In this document: positions 30,449-39,260 of the stretch, one piece after another
Layout: each line of letters starts with the position of its first letter
Numbering within the stretch: the stretch's first letter is position 1
Assembly (NCBI GenBank): GCA_963976765.1
Contig: CAXBME010000001.1
Location: 124,001 to 188,000, forward strand
DNA from: an uncultured Planctomycetaceae bacterium
GTDB lineage: Bacteria > Planctomycetota > Planctomycetia > Planctomycetales > Planctomycetaceae
DNA length: 64,000 nucleotides
Direction of reading: 5' to 3'
Made by a program: the position numbers and the translations under genes
The notes under the pieces: model-generated
What the model was told of the DNA's origin: nothing
The model's input: the letters and a program-made list of their open reading frames with translations, nothing else
Database searches by the model: none

Positions 30449-31741
30449 TCAACCTCGCAGGCGAACGGTTGCGGAGCCGGGGTAGTAGTACTGCAGAATC
30501 TGCAGGGCAGTGCGCCCGGCAAGGGCGAGACCTCGGGAGCCCCACTGGCAGAACCCAACGCCGTGGCCGTGGCCAGCTCCGGAGAATCGAACTTCGGCGG
30601 CGTCGATTTCGGCGGTGAACCTTGGGCTGTCCAGAGTCCCGATCGGCAGTGAATGTCGCAGGTCTGTACCGGCGATTTTTTTTGTCCGGATGCCGTCACT
30701 GACCATGTAGAACGGGAGATCGCCTGCATCTCCGAAAGCGGATTGCAGCGACTTCAACTGACCGAATTCTTCATTCTGAGCAGCAAAGTATTCCTGCAGC
30801 GATTTTGACATTCGATTCAGCGGGAGGCTGCTGGTCCAGCGGTAACGGTCGGCCTCGCGGCACCAGTCGCATTCCACACTGGCAATGGCAGGCACGGCAT
30901 CTTTGAAAACCGATCGTCCCAGCGTCGTCCGTCCGCCACAAACTGCGGTGTAATACGTGGTGAAAACTTTGCCTTCCCAGGTGCAGACAATGCCGGCCGT
31001 GCGAGCAGCAATTTCGCGGCTACCTTGAGTCTCACCGGCCAGTCGTCTTCCGGCATCATCGAGGTATTGATAACCGAGATACTTCTGGCTGCGTGACGTC
31101 GCGAAAACGTCGAACTGCGGGTGCCCCTTCATTTGAGAGAGCACGTAAGTTCTCGCGGCGATGGTCTGAGCTTCCCTGGCTTCATCTGGAAACGTCGCTG
31201 GCATTTCGCTGTTCACGACGCTGGCGAGATACTCTTCCAGCGGCAGCAGATTCACGGCAATCAGTCGGTTTCCGGGGCGGCGAAAAATCCGAACACTGCC
31301 TCGATACTGATTTCGACCGACCCAGATTGACGGAGATCTGGCCGTCACAATTTCGATCTGGCTGATCGGAAAAACTTCGTCACCGACTCGAATTCCGTTG
31401 CCTTCGACGGAAACGATTCTGTTCTTGACTGAGTCTGACTGAGCGAGAATCTTCGCGCTTCCGGGGGCGAGAATTCTGAACGGCCCGTCGATGGAAATCG
31501 TGAGATCAGTCAACGGTGACGGTGTCAGATTGACTCGAACGAAAGGGTTCCAGGTGTCAGGCGGTGCAGAGACCCCTGTTGCCGATGCCGCTTTTGACAA
31601 GGACTGGCCGCTGGAATCTTTTGAGAGCAGATGCCACGCACCGGCACTGAGCGGCACGACGGATACGGCAGCAGCCGCAATCACGCTGCGCCGTGAAACA
31701 AGTTTCTGCCCGATCGCCGATCGATTGACATCCATACCCAC
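30449..31741 (-). CDS. SpoIID/LytB-domain lytic transglycosylase-like protein
   Basis: YRGSVRI, VNLLPLEEYLASVVNSEMP, EAQTIAARTY, SQKYLG, GHGHGVGFCQWGS, ILQYYYPG. N-terminal SRRSVIAAA (Tat-like) plus a hydrophobic segment. Confidence 0.88.
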   Translation of the reverse strand: MGMDVNRSAIGQKLVSRRSVIAAAAVSVVPLSAGAWHLLSKDSSGQSLSKAASATGVSAPPDTWNPFVRVNLTPSPLTDLTISIDGPFRILAPGSAKILAQSDSVKNRIVSVEGNGIRVGDEVFPISQIEIVTARSPSIWVGRNQYRGSVRIFRRPGNRLIAVNLLPLEEYLASVVNSEMPATFPDEAREAQTIAARTYVLSQMKGHPQFDVFATSRSQKYLGYQYLDDAGRRLAGETQGSREIAARTAGIVCTWEGKVFTTYYTAVCGGRTTLGRSVFKDAVPAIASVECDWCREADRYRWTSSLPLNRMSKSLQEYFAAQNEEFGQLKSLQSAFGDAGDLPFYMVSDGIRTKKIAGTDLRHSLPIGTLDSPRFTAEIDAAEVRFSGAGHGHGVGFCQWGSRGLALAGRTALQILQYYYPGSATVRLRG

Positions 31742-31769
31742 GTTCCGCCTGGCAGGAAGTGTTGAACGG

Positions 31770-33149
31770 TCAGTCGTTTCGAAGACTCAGGCCAATGTCG
31801 GCCAGTTTCGCACGGATCTCATTCAGTGATGTCACGCCGAAATTCTTGGACGACAACAGGTCGTCCGGTGACTTCGAAAGCAACTCGCCAATCGCCGAGA
31901 TGTTCAGCCGTGACATGCACTTGCGTGCCCGAACTGAAAGATTGAGGTCGGAAATTGGTTGCTCCATCGCCGAGCGTTGCTCGGGCGACAGATCCTTCGG
32001 CGGTTCGGCCATGTCCGCTTTTCGGGTCGCAACATTACAGCCGATCGACAGACCGTTGGCCTCAAGTAGTTCCTGAATCTCCTTAAGAGATGTGTCACCA
32101 AAGTTGCGGCTGCTCATCAGTTCCTGCTCGGAGACTTCGGTCAGGTCGCCGAGCGTTCTCATACCGAGTCGATCCAGGCAGTTGCGGCTTCGGACGGAAA
32201 GTTCGAAGTCGGTGATTGGTCGAGTGAGCGTCTGCATGACTTTCTGCTCAGCCTTGACCGAATCTTCGTCGTAGTACATCCCTTCCGAGGCGTCGATGTC
32301 TTTGAGGTAAAGTCGTGCTCGTTCATTCGTCGGTTCGGCTTCCAGAACGCGCCGGAAACAGAATGCCGCCTGCTCAAGTCGATTGGCGTCTTCGTAAAGC
32401 AGTCCGAGATTCAGCAACGCCCCGATGTGCAACGGCGGCGACGACAACGCCTGCTCGTAAAGTCGGATGGCTTCATCGTCGTTGCCGTGCCGACAGTTTT
32501 CACCGGCCAGCCAGAACAGGGCTCGGGTGTGGTGCGGGTCCATGTCAACGGCCCGTTCGAAGTATTCGATGCCGCCGAGCGTGTCACCTTTATCGGCAAG
32601 AATGCAACCCATCTGAAAAGAATAGTCTGCTCGTGAAACGGCCTTGCCAGCGATTTTTTTCAGGACAGCTTCGGCTTCGTCGACCTGGCCGCTCAGCCGG
32701 ATCGCGCCGACTCGTTGAAGCTCGCAGGATACCGCGTCATAGCCGAGTCCCGCTGACGTTGCGAAGTGCTCGGTCGCCTCTTCAAAACGATTCAGCGAGA
32801 GACTGACGAGTCCCAGCACAAACGACGCCACAGCGTTACTTGTTGTTTGAGACAGATAGTTGTGTGCCGCCTGGTGTTGACCGAGCAGGTACAGTGACGA
32901 TCCGAGTTTCGCGTACGTCGTCTCGGATGCCTGGCCGTTCCCGTCAACAGTTCGTCGGAGTTCGTCGACCAACTGGCGGAAAGTCGTGGCCTGCTGCTTG
33001 TTCGTCGCCTTCTGAAGTACGGCGTAATGAGCTGGTCCAAAGTCGGAGTCATTGCTCAGCATGTCGCGAAGATCATCGATCTCCACCAGCGTAGTGGCAG
33101 GCGGCGTAGGTGTACTGTGCAGCACAGAACTCTCCTGGACGGAAGGCAT
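31770..33149 (-). CDS. TPR-repeat protein with two tandem RNA polymerase alpha C-terminal domains
   Basis: TPRs, then ITDFELSVRSRNCL...RNFGDTSLKEI and ISDLNLSVRARKCM...KNFGVTSLNEI. No alpha-NTD. Confidence 0.9.
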   Translation of the reverse strand: MPSVQESSVLHSTPTPPATTLVEIDDLRDMLSNDSDFGPAHYAVLQKATNKQQATTFRQLVDELRRTVDGNGQASETTYAKLGSSLYLLGQHQAAHNYLSQTTSNAVASFVLGLVSLSLNRFEEATEHFATSAGLGYDAVSCELQRVGAIRLSGQVDEAEAVLKKIAGKAVSRADYSFQMGCILADKGDTLGGIEYFERAVDMDPHHTRALFWLAGENCRHGNDDEAIRLYEQALSSPPLHIGALLNLGLLYEDANRLEQAAFCFRRVLEAEPTNERARLYLKDIDASEGMYYDEDSVKAEQKVMQTLTRPITDFELSVRSRNCLDRLGMRTLGDLTEVSEQELMSSRNFGDTSLKEIQELLEANGLSIGCNVATRKADMAEPPKDLSPEQRSAMEQPISDLNLSVRARKCMSRLNISAIGELLSKSPDDLLSSKNFGVTSLNEIRAKLADIGLSLRND

Positions 33150-33484
33150 TTCAGATCAGCGTTGGTGGACGATCGGTTTTTTCATGTTGGGAATTCGCGA
33201 AAACCAGCCGTCAGACGACGCGGGATGATAAGGACTGTCCGACCGATCGTACACATTCATAGCCAGATATCCGGGTTTCTCACGATATTCAGATAGCCAT
33301 CCGAGACCGCAGTAGCGGCTGATTCTCCTGAATGGTTGAACGCAGCGAGCCTGTTATCCGACTTGTGCCGGAGTTACGCTGACGTTGCCAGCAAATTGGT
33401 CAGGTCTGCCACGGGTGGGGCGATTTCAGACGGCATCTTTCACACTCTAAAGTAATTCACGAGGCCAGCTCTTCAGGTACTGTC

Positions 33485-35794
33485 ATGTTGCGTTTTGTTT
33501 TGATGGCCATTCTCGTGAGTTGTGGGTTTGTTGAGCCGACGCTGGCGACTGAACCGCAGGCTGTCGATTTTACTCGCCAGGTGTTGCCTTTGTTTGCCGA
33601 CCGCTGCTTCGCCTGCCACGGTCCCGACGAGAAAACTCGCGAAGCGGGTTTGCGGCTGGACCTGAGAGCCTCGGTGTTCGAACGCGCTGCGGATTCGCCG
33701 CTGATCGTGCCGGGCAAGTCGAGCGAAAGCCTGCTGTTTGAAAGAGTCGCCTCTCACGACCCGGATCTGCAAATGCCTCCGCCGAGTGCGACGCGGCAGC
33801 TCGATCCGAAAGATGTCGATCTGATTCGCCGCTGGATCGATCAGGGAGCGAACTGGCAGGAACACTGGGCATTCACTCCTCCGGTTCGACCGGACCTGCC
33901 GGACGTCTCGGACGCCGACTGGCTTTGGAACGGGATCGACCGATTCATTCTTTCGCGACTCGACCGCGAGTCACTCGAACCGTCGATGGAGGCGAAACGC
34001 GAAACGCTGATTCGGCGAGTCACTCTGGCGCTGACCGGACTGCCGCCGACTCCGGAAGAGATCGATCACTTTCTTGATGACGAGTCTCCGGACTCGTACG
34101 AGCAACTCGTCGACCGTCTACTCGCGTCACATCGGTACGGTGAGCACATGGCGATGCCGTGGCTGGATGCCGCTCGCTACGCCGACACCGACGGCTACCA
34201 GAACGACCGCATTCGCCACATGTGGGTGTGGCGAGACTGGTTGATTCAGGCGTTGAACGACGGCAAGCCGTTCGACGAGTTCACGATCGACCAACTTGCT
34301 GGCGACATGTTGCCCAACGCGACGCTGCGCCAGCAGATTGCGACGGGGTTCTGCCGTAACCACCGGATTAATTCTGAGGGCGGGTCGATCCCCGAGGAAT
34401 GGATCGTCGAGTACGTTGTCGACCGGGTCGACACACTTGGCACTGTCTGGATGGGCCTCACACTGGGCTGTGCCCGGTGTCACGATCACAAATACGATCC
34501 GGTGTCGCAGCGTGGTTACTACAAACTCTTCGCATATTTCAACAACGTGGCCGAGTGGGGCCTCGGACCCAACAACGGGAACAGCCCGCCGTTTATCAAC
34601 GTACCGGATGACTGGCCGCTGCTGACTCAGACGAAGGATGAGAAAATCGAGCCGGCTCCGTACGAGCTGGTAACGTCGCAGGTGTCGGTCGTTCGTCCGA
34701 AGCCGGGTGGCGAGAAAACGGTGATGGTCATGGCCGAGCTGACAGAGCCTCGTCCCACCTGGCTGCTTCGGCGCGGGCAGTACAACATGCCGGATAGGTC
34801 TGAAGCGTTGACTCCGGGCCTGCCCGAAAGTTTGAACGTTACAGCTGCCGCACCTCGCGACCGCAAAGAGCTGGCTGAGTGGCTGGTCAGCTCGGAAAAC
34901 CCGCTGACGGCACGAGTCATCGTCAACCGCCACTGGCAGCACTTCTTTGGGACGGGCCTGGTCAAAACGTCCGAGAACTTCGGAGTTCAGGGAGAGCCGC
35001 CCAGTCATCCCGAACTGCTCGACTGGCTCGCGCTGGAATTCGTTCGAACCGGATGGGACGTCAAGAAACTGCATCGACTGATCGTGACGAGTGCGACCTG
35101 GCGGCAGGATTCGACGGCGACTCGCGAACTGTCCGACCTTGATCCCGAGAATCGATTGCTGGCCCGCGGTCCTCGATTCCGATTTTCCGCGCACATGATC
35201 CGCGACCAGGCTTTGGCCGTAAGTGGACTGTTGCGGGAACGAATCGGCGGTCCATCGGTCAAACCGTACGCTCCGCCGGGAATCTGGAAATCAATTTCAA
35301 ATAACAAATACGTGCAGGATCACGGTCCGAGTCTTTACCGCCGCAGCCTTTACACTTATTGGCGCCGCACCGTTCCTCCGCCAACGATGGCCACATTCAA
35401 CGCGGCCGAGCGTGAAGTCTGTCTCGTCCGAAAAGACCGCACGAATACGCCGCTGCAAGCGCTCACGCTGATGAACAACGTCGCGTTTGTCGAAGCGGCA
35501 AGGTTTCTGGCCGAACGAATTATGCGGGAAGCCGACGCCGGTCCGACGGCACAGATCGAGCGAGGATTCCGCATCGTCACCGGACGACTTCCTCGACCGA
35601 CAGAAGCCGAACCATTGCAGGCTGCGTACGACGAGTTCCTCAATTATTTCGAGACGAACCCGAAGGAAGCTCCAAAGCTGCTGGCCATCGGCGAGGCTCC
35701 GCGCGACGAAAAACTTCCGACCGCAGAACACGCGGCCCTGACAATGCTGACCAACATCCTGCTGAATCTCGACGAGGCGATTACGCTGGAATGA
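33485..35794 (+). CDS. Planctomycete cytochrome c / PSCyt2 (DUF1549) / PSD1 (DUF1553) protein
   Basis: Signal peptide; CFACHG, HWAF, LTGLPPT, YGEHMA.WLDAARYADT, CARCHDHKYDP, NPLTARV.VNR, HPELLDWLA, TPLQAL.LMN. Confidence 0.93.
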   Translation: MLRFVLMAILVSCGFVEPTLATEPQAVDFTRQVLPLFADRCFACHGPDEKTREAGLRLDLRASVFERAADSPLIVPGKSSESLLFERVASHDPDLQMPPPSATRQLDPKDVDLIRRWIDQGANWQEHWAFTPPVRPDLPDVSDADWLWNGIDRFILSRLDRESLEPSMEAKRETLIRRVTLALTGLPPTPEEIDHFLDDESPDSYEQLVDRLLASHRYGEHMAMPWLDAARYADTDGYQNDRIRHMWVWRDWLIQALNDGKPFDEFTIDQLAGDMLPNATLRQQIATGFCRNHRINSEGGSIPEEWIVEYVVDRVDTLGTVWMGLTLGCARCHDHKYDPVSQRGYYKLFAYFNNVAEWGLGPNNGNSPPFINVPDDWPLLTQTKDEKIEPAPYELVTSQVSVVRPKPGGEKTVMVMAELTEPRPTWLLRRGQYNMPDRSEALTPGLPESLNVTAAAPRDRKELAEWLVSSENPLTARVIVNRHWQHFFGTGLVKTSENFGVQGEPPSHPELLDWLALEFVRTGWDVKKLHRLIVTSATWRQDSTATRELSDLDPENRLLARGPRFRFSAHMIRDQALAVSGLLRERIGGPSVKPYAPPGIWKSISNNKYVQDHGPSLYRRSLYTYWRRTVPPPTMATFNAAEREVCLVRKDRTNTPLQALTLMNNVAFVEAARFLAERIMREADAGPTAQIERGFRIVTGRLPRPTEAEPLQAAYDEFLNYFETNPKEAPKLLAIGEAPRDEKLPTAEHAALTMLTNILLNLDEAITLE

Positions 35795-35857
35795 TTCCTG
35801 GAGCCTGTTCCGGCCGGCTCACATTCAGAGGCTGAAATCGACACGAGACACCTTGCC

Positions 35858-37318
35858 ATGAACAATCTTCCTGAAGACCGTCTGCAAGTTAACCGTCGGC
35901 ACTTTTTCAGCCGGACGAGTACCGGTCTGGGAACGCTCGGTCTGGCGTCAATCGTGAATCCAGGATTGTTTGCCGACGAAGCTCCCCGTCGAAACACGAT
36001 CGGTGGACTGACCGATCTGCCGCATTACCAGCCGAAGGTGAAACGGGTGATCTACCTGTTTCAGTCTGGCGGTCCGTCGCAGCTCGATCTGTACGACGAA
36101 AAGCCGGAACTCATGAAACGGTTCGGCGAGGAAGTGCCGAAGTCTGTTTACCCGGATGATCGTAAGACAACGATGACACTCGGGCAGACTCAGTTTGTGA
36201 CCGCTCCCAGCCGCTTCGAATACCGGTCGCACGGCGAGTCCGGTTTGCGACTCAGCGAGTTGTTACCGCATCTGGGAAGCGTTGCCGACGACCTGTGCGT
36301 GATTCGGTCAATGTTTACCGAGACGATTAATCATGATCCGTCGATCACCTTTCAACTGACAGGTTCTCCGTTGCCAGGTCGCCCGAGCATGGGCGCGTGG
36401 ATGAGTTACGGACTCGGTTCCGAAAACTCCGACCTGCCTGCGTTCGTCGCGATGACCTCCAGCGGGACGGCCAAGGCCGGGCAGCCGCTTTATGACCGAC
36501 TCTGGGGAGCGGGGTTTCTGCCGGCAAAGTTTCAGGGAGTGAAACTTCGAGGGCAGGGGGATCCGGTTCTGGATCTCAACAACCCGGCGGGTGTCAGTCC
36601 AGACATGAGGCGGACGATGCTGGAAACGCTCGGTCGGTTGAATCGGCAGAAGCTCGAACAGACCGGCGACCCTCAGATCGAAGCTCGCATCGCGCAGTAC
36701 GAGCTGGCTTATCGAATGCAGACGTCCGTCCCGGAACTGGCTGACCTGAGTTCTGAGCCGAAGTCAACGCTCGACCTTTACGGGCCGGACGCGAAGAAGC
36801 CTGGCAGCTATGGCTACAACTGTCTGTTGGCTCGGCGACTGGCGGAGCGAGGCGTGCGGTTTATCCAGCTCTTTCATCGGGGCTGGGACCAGCACGGAAA
36901 CCTCCCAAAGCAGATCGCCTCACAGTGTCGAGACACCGATCAGCCAACGGCGGGATTGATCCGCGATTTGAAACAGCGAGGCATGTTCGACGACACGCTC
37001 ATCATCTGGGGTGGTGAGTTCGGTCGAACGGTCTACTCACAGGGTGGCCTGACCAAAGTAAACTACGGTCGTGACCATCACCCGAGCTGCTTTTCGATGT
37101 GGATGGCCGGTGGCGGCGTGCGAGGCGGGATGTCCTGGGGGATGACGGACGACTACAGCGTCAACGTCACGGAAAATGGCGTCCACGTTCACGATCTGCA
37201 GGCAACGATTCTGCACCTGCTGGGCATCAATCACGAACGGCTGACCTTCCCCTTCCAGGGCCGGCACTTCCGGCTGACCGACGTCCACGGACACATCGTC
37301 AATGAGATCCTGAGCTGA
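35858..37318 (+). CDS. DUF1501 domain protein (Tat signal)
   Basis: NRRHFF twin-Arg; KRVIYLFQSGGPSQLDL, LARRLAERGVRF, WDQH, GEFGRT, GRDHHP. Confidence 0.92.
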   Translation: MNNLPEDRLQVNRRHFFSRTSTGLGTLGLASIVNPGLFADEAPRRNTIGGLTDLPHYQPKVKRVIYLFQSGGPSQLDLYDEKPELMKRFGEEVPKSVYPDDRKTTMTLGQTQFVTAPSRFEYRSHGESGLRLSELLPHLGSVADDLCVIRSMFTETINHDPSITFQLTGSPLPGRPSMGAWMSYGLGSENSDLPAFVAMTSSGTAKAGQPLYDRLWGAGFLPAKFQGVKLRGQGDPVLDLNNPAGVSPDMRRTMLETLGRLNRQKLEQTGDPQIEARIAQYELAYRMQTSVPELADLSSEPKSTLDLYGPDAKKPGSYGYNCLLARRLAERGVRFIQLFHRGWDQHGNLPKQIASQCRDTDQPTAGLIRDLKQRGMFDDTLIIWGGEFGRTVYSQGGLTKVNYGRDHHPSCFSMWMAGGGVRGGMSWGMTDDYSVNVTENGVHVHDLQATILHLLGINHERLTFPFQGRHFRLTDVHGHIVNEILS

Positions 37319-37490
37319 TTGGCTGCAGCACTATTTCCTCAGGAGCCTGTGCCCAGACGATTGACGATTCCTGAAGTCGGTGTCGGCAGGTGCTGCTGTA
37401 TCCGCCGGGGGTGTAATACTCCGGCACGACACACCCCGATGCCGTTGAGGCAATCAGTATCGCCGCTGCAATAACCAGTCGCTGAATCAC
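37299..37490 (-). CDS. Putative 63-aa lipoprotein
   Basis: GTG at 37490 follows a GGGGGTG SD-like stretch. MIQRLVIAAAILIASTASG-CVVPEYYTPGGYSST...; 3' end overlaps the DUF1501 gene end by 20 nt. Confidence 0.5.
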   Translation of the reverse strand: MIQRLVIAAAILIASTASGCVVPEYYTPGGYSSTCRHRLQESSIVWAQAPEEIVLQPISSGSH

Positions 37491-37719
37491 GCCCGCACCC
37501 CCGTGCCCATCGCCAACGCCCGACGCTCCAATCAACAGAATTATCGAACCGTCCGTGTTCGAAGGCTCAGCCAGAGCCGCGAGTCCTGTGCAGGTTACAA
37601 GGATTGGGCGGGGCGTTCCGCGAGGGATCCCGCAGGGACCTGGAGTGAATTCCTCCCGAACGTTTGCTTTCGCAGCAGAAGCGGAGGCAGATGCCTTATG
37701 AACGGCCCGAAGCTTCAAG

Positions 37720-39204
37720 TCATCGTTTCCAGACGGGATCGATCATCTGAGCGTTCAAGTGTTCCCAGGCGGCAACCAGTCTCTTCAGCTGTGCTGGTTG
37801 CTCGGTTGCCAGATTGATCGATTCGCTGATGTCGTTTTTCAGGTTGTAGAGTTGCCAGTCTGGACCGTCCTGCCCCCGGCCCGGATTGCGAAGCAGCTTC
37901 CAGTCGCCAGCTCGCAGCGCGGCCTTTGTCCCGACTCGCCAGAAGAGTTCGCCGTGTGGTGACTTGTCGGATGTTTCTGTGAGAAACGGAAGCAGATTGA
38001 CGCCGTCGATCGGTCGGTTCTTCGGAACAGGAGACTCGGCGACAGCGGCTGCGGTTCCAAAAACATCGAGCGAGACGACCGGCTCGTGATACTCGACGCC
38101 GGGTTTCAGCCTGCCTGGCCACTTCAGAAGGAACGGCACTCGAATGCCTCCTTCGTAAACGCTTCCTTTTTCGCCTCGCAGCGGAGCGTTACTGGAAGTC
38201 AGTTCGCGAGTCGGCCCGCCGTTATCACTGATAAAAAAGACGAGTGTGTTTTCGTCGAGACCGTTTTTGCGGAGCGAGTTCAAAACGGAGCCGACGCTGT
38301 CGTCCATGTTGGCGAGCATCGCGGCAAAGATGCGGCGATGCACATCGTCGATCGATGAGAACTTTTTCATGTACGAGTCCGCTCCCTGCAACGGGCTGTG
38401 GACGGCGTTGTAGGCCAGGTAAAGAAAAAACGGACGGTCCTGGTTCCGGTCAATGAAGTCGACGGCTTCGCGAGTCAAGGCATCGGTGAGGTATTCGTGC
38501 TCGACGACCGGCTGGCTTCCTCGCAGGATGGGATTGTTGGCGTCGTAGGCGGGCTCGTCGTAACCCATGTGAGTTGAAAGGACCATTCGTCCATTGCGGG
38601 AAGTCCAGCGCCCGAATTCGCGAGTCGGCAATGTGCGACGGCGAAGCATCGTCGTTACGCCGTTGTACGGAGGCGGCACAAAATAATGCCCCTCGTGCAT
38701 GAACCCGAAGAACTCATCGAATCCTCGACGGTACGGGTGATACTTCGCGGTGCCGCCCAGATGCCATTTGCCGACCAGACCTGTCGCGTAGCCGGCATCC
38801 TGCAGATGATCAGCGATCGTTTTCTGCGACGGTGGCAGGCCGGCATTCGGATCTTCGTTGTCGGAACCAATCGGGTTGAACTCGTAACCAAAGCGAGTCT
38901 GATATCGACCGGTCATTAAACCGGCTCGCGAGGCACTGCAGAACGGCGCCGTGACATAGCCGCTGGTAAATCGAATTCCGTCGGCGGCGATCGAGTCAAT
39001 GTTTGGCGTCGGGATCTCATCGTTGCCCTGGCAGCCGAGTTCTCCGTACCCAAGATCATCCGCGAACAACAGAACAATATTCGGTCGTCGCGAAGGTTCG
39101 TCGGCGTTGCCGGCAGCAGGGACAGCGGCAGTAGCGACGACGATGTAAAGCATCGTCAAAAGAGCGGTCGGTCTGGTCAAAGAGGCTATCGAAAACGGAC
39201 ACAT
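37720..39204 (-). CDS. Secreted S1 sulfatase (CxAxR variant)
   Basis: Signal peptide; PNIVLLFADDLG, TPNID, FCSASRAGLMTGRY, GKWHLG, NAVHSP, SDNGG, YEGGIRVP. Confidence 0.92.
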   Translation of the reverse strand: MCPFSIASLTRPTALLTMLYIVVATAAVPAAGNADEPSRRPNIVLLFADDLGYGELGCQGNDEIPTPNIDSIAADGIRFTSGYVTAPFCSASRAGLMTGRYQTRFGYEFNPIGSDNEDPNAGLPPSQKTIADHLQDAGYATGLVGKWHLGGTAKYHPYRRGFDEFFGFMHEGHYFVPPPYNGVTTMLRRRTLPTREFGRWTSRNGRMVLSTHMGYDEPAYDANNPILRGSQPVVEHEYLTDALTREAVDFIDRNQDRPFFLYLAYNAVHSPLQGADSYMKKFSSIDDVHRRIFAAMLANMDDSVGSVLNSLRKNGLDENTLVFFISDNGGPTRELTSSNAPLRGEKGSVYEGGIRVPFLLKWPGRLKPGVEYHEPVVSLDVFGTAAAVAESPVPKNRPIDGVNLLPFLTETSDKSPHGELFWRVGTKAALRAGDWKLLRNPGRGQDGPDWQLYNLKNDISESINLATEQPAQLKRLVAAWEHLNAQMIDPVWKR

Positions 39205-39260
39205 AGGGAGAGCCTTTGGGGGCTGAATCTGCCAAAGTCATTGCCTGCACATTGTGGCGG

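Noticed and set aside
31770..33149. Calling this gene rpoA
   Set aside because: It has no alpha N-terminal assembly domain and no ribosomal-operon context; only the CTDs are homologous.
33255..33303. Short shuffled repeats (ATAGCCA, ATCCG, GATAT) upstream of the alpha-CTD gene
   Set aside because: The units are 5-7 bp with irregular spacing and cannot be distinguished from chance.
37720..39204. Sulfatase with CSASR instead of CxPxR as a possible inactive enzyme
   Set aside because: CxAxR is a known functional variant of the formylglycine motif.
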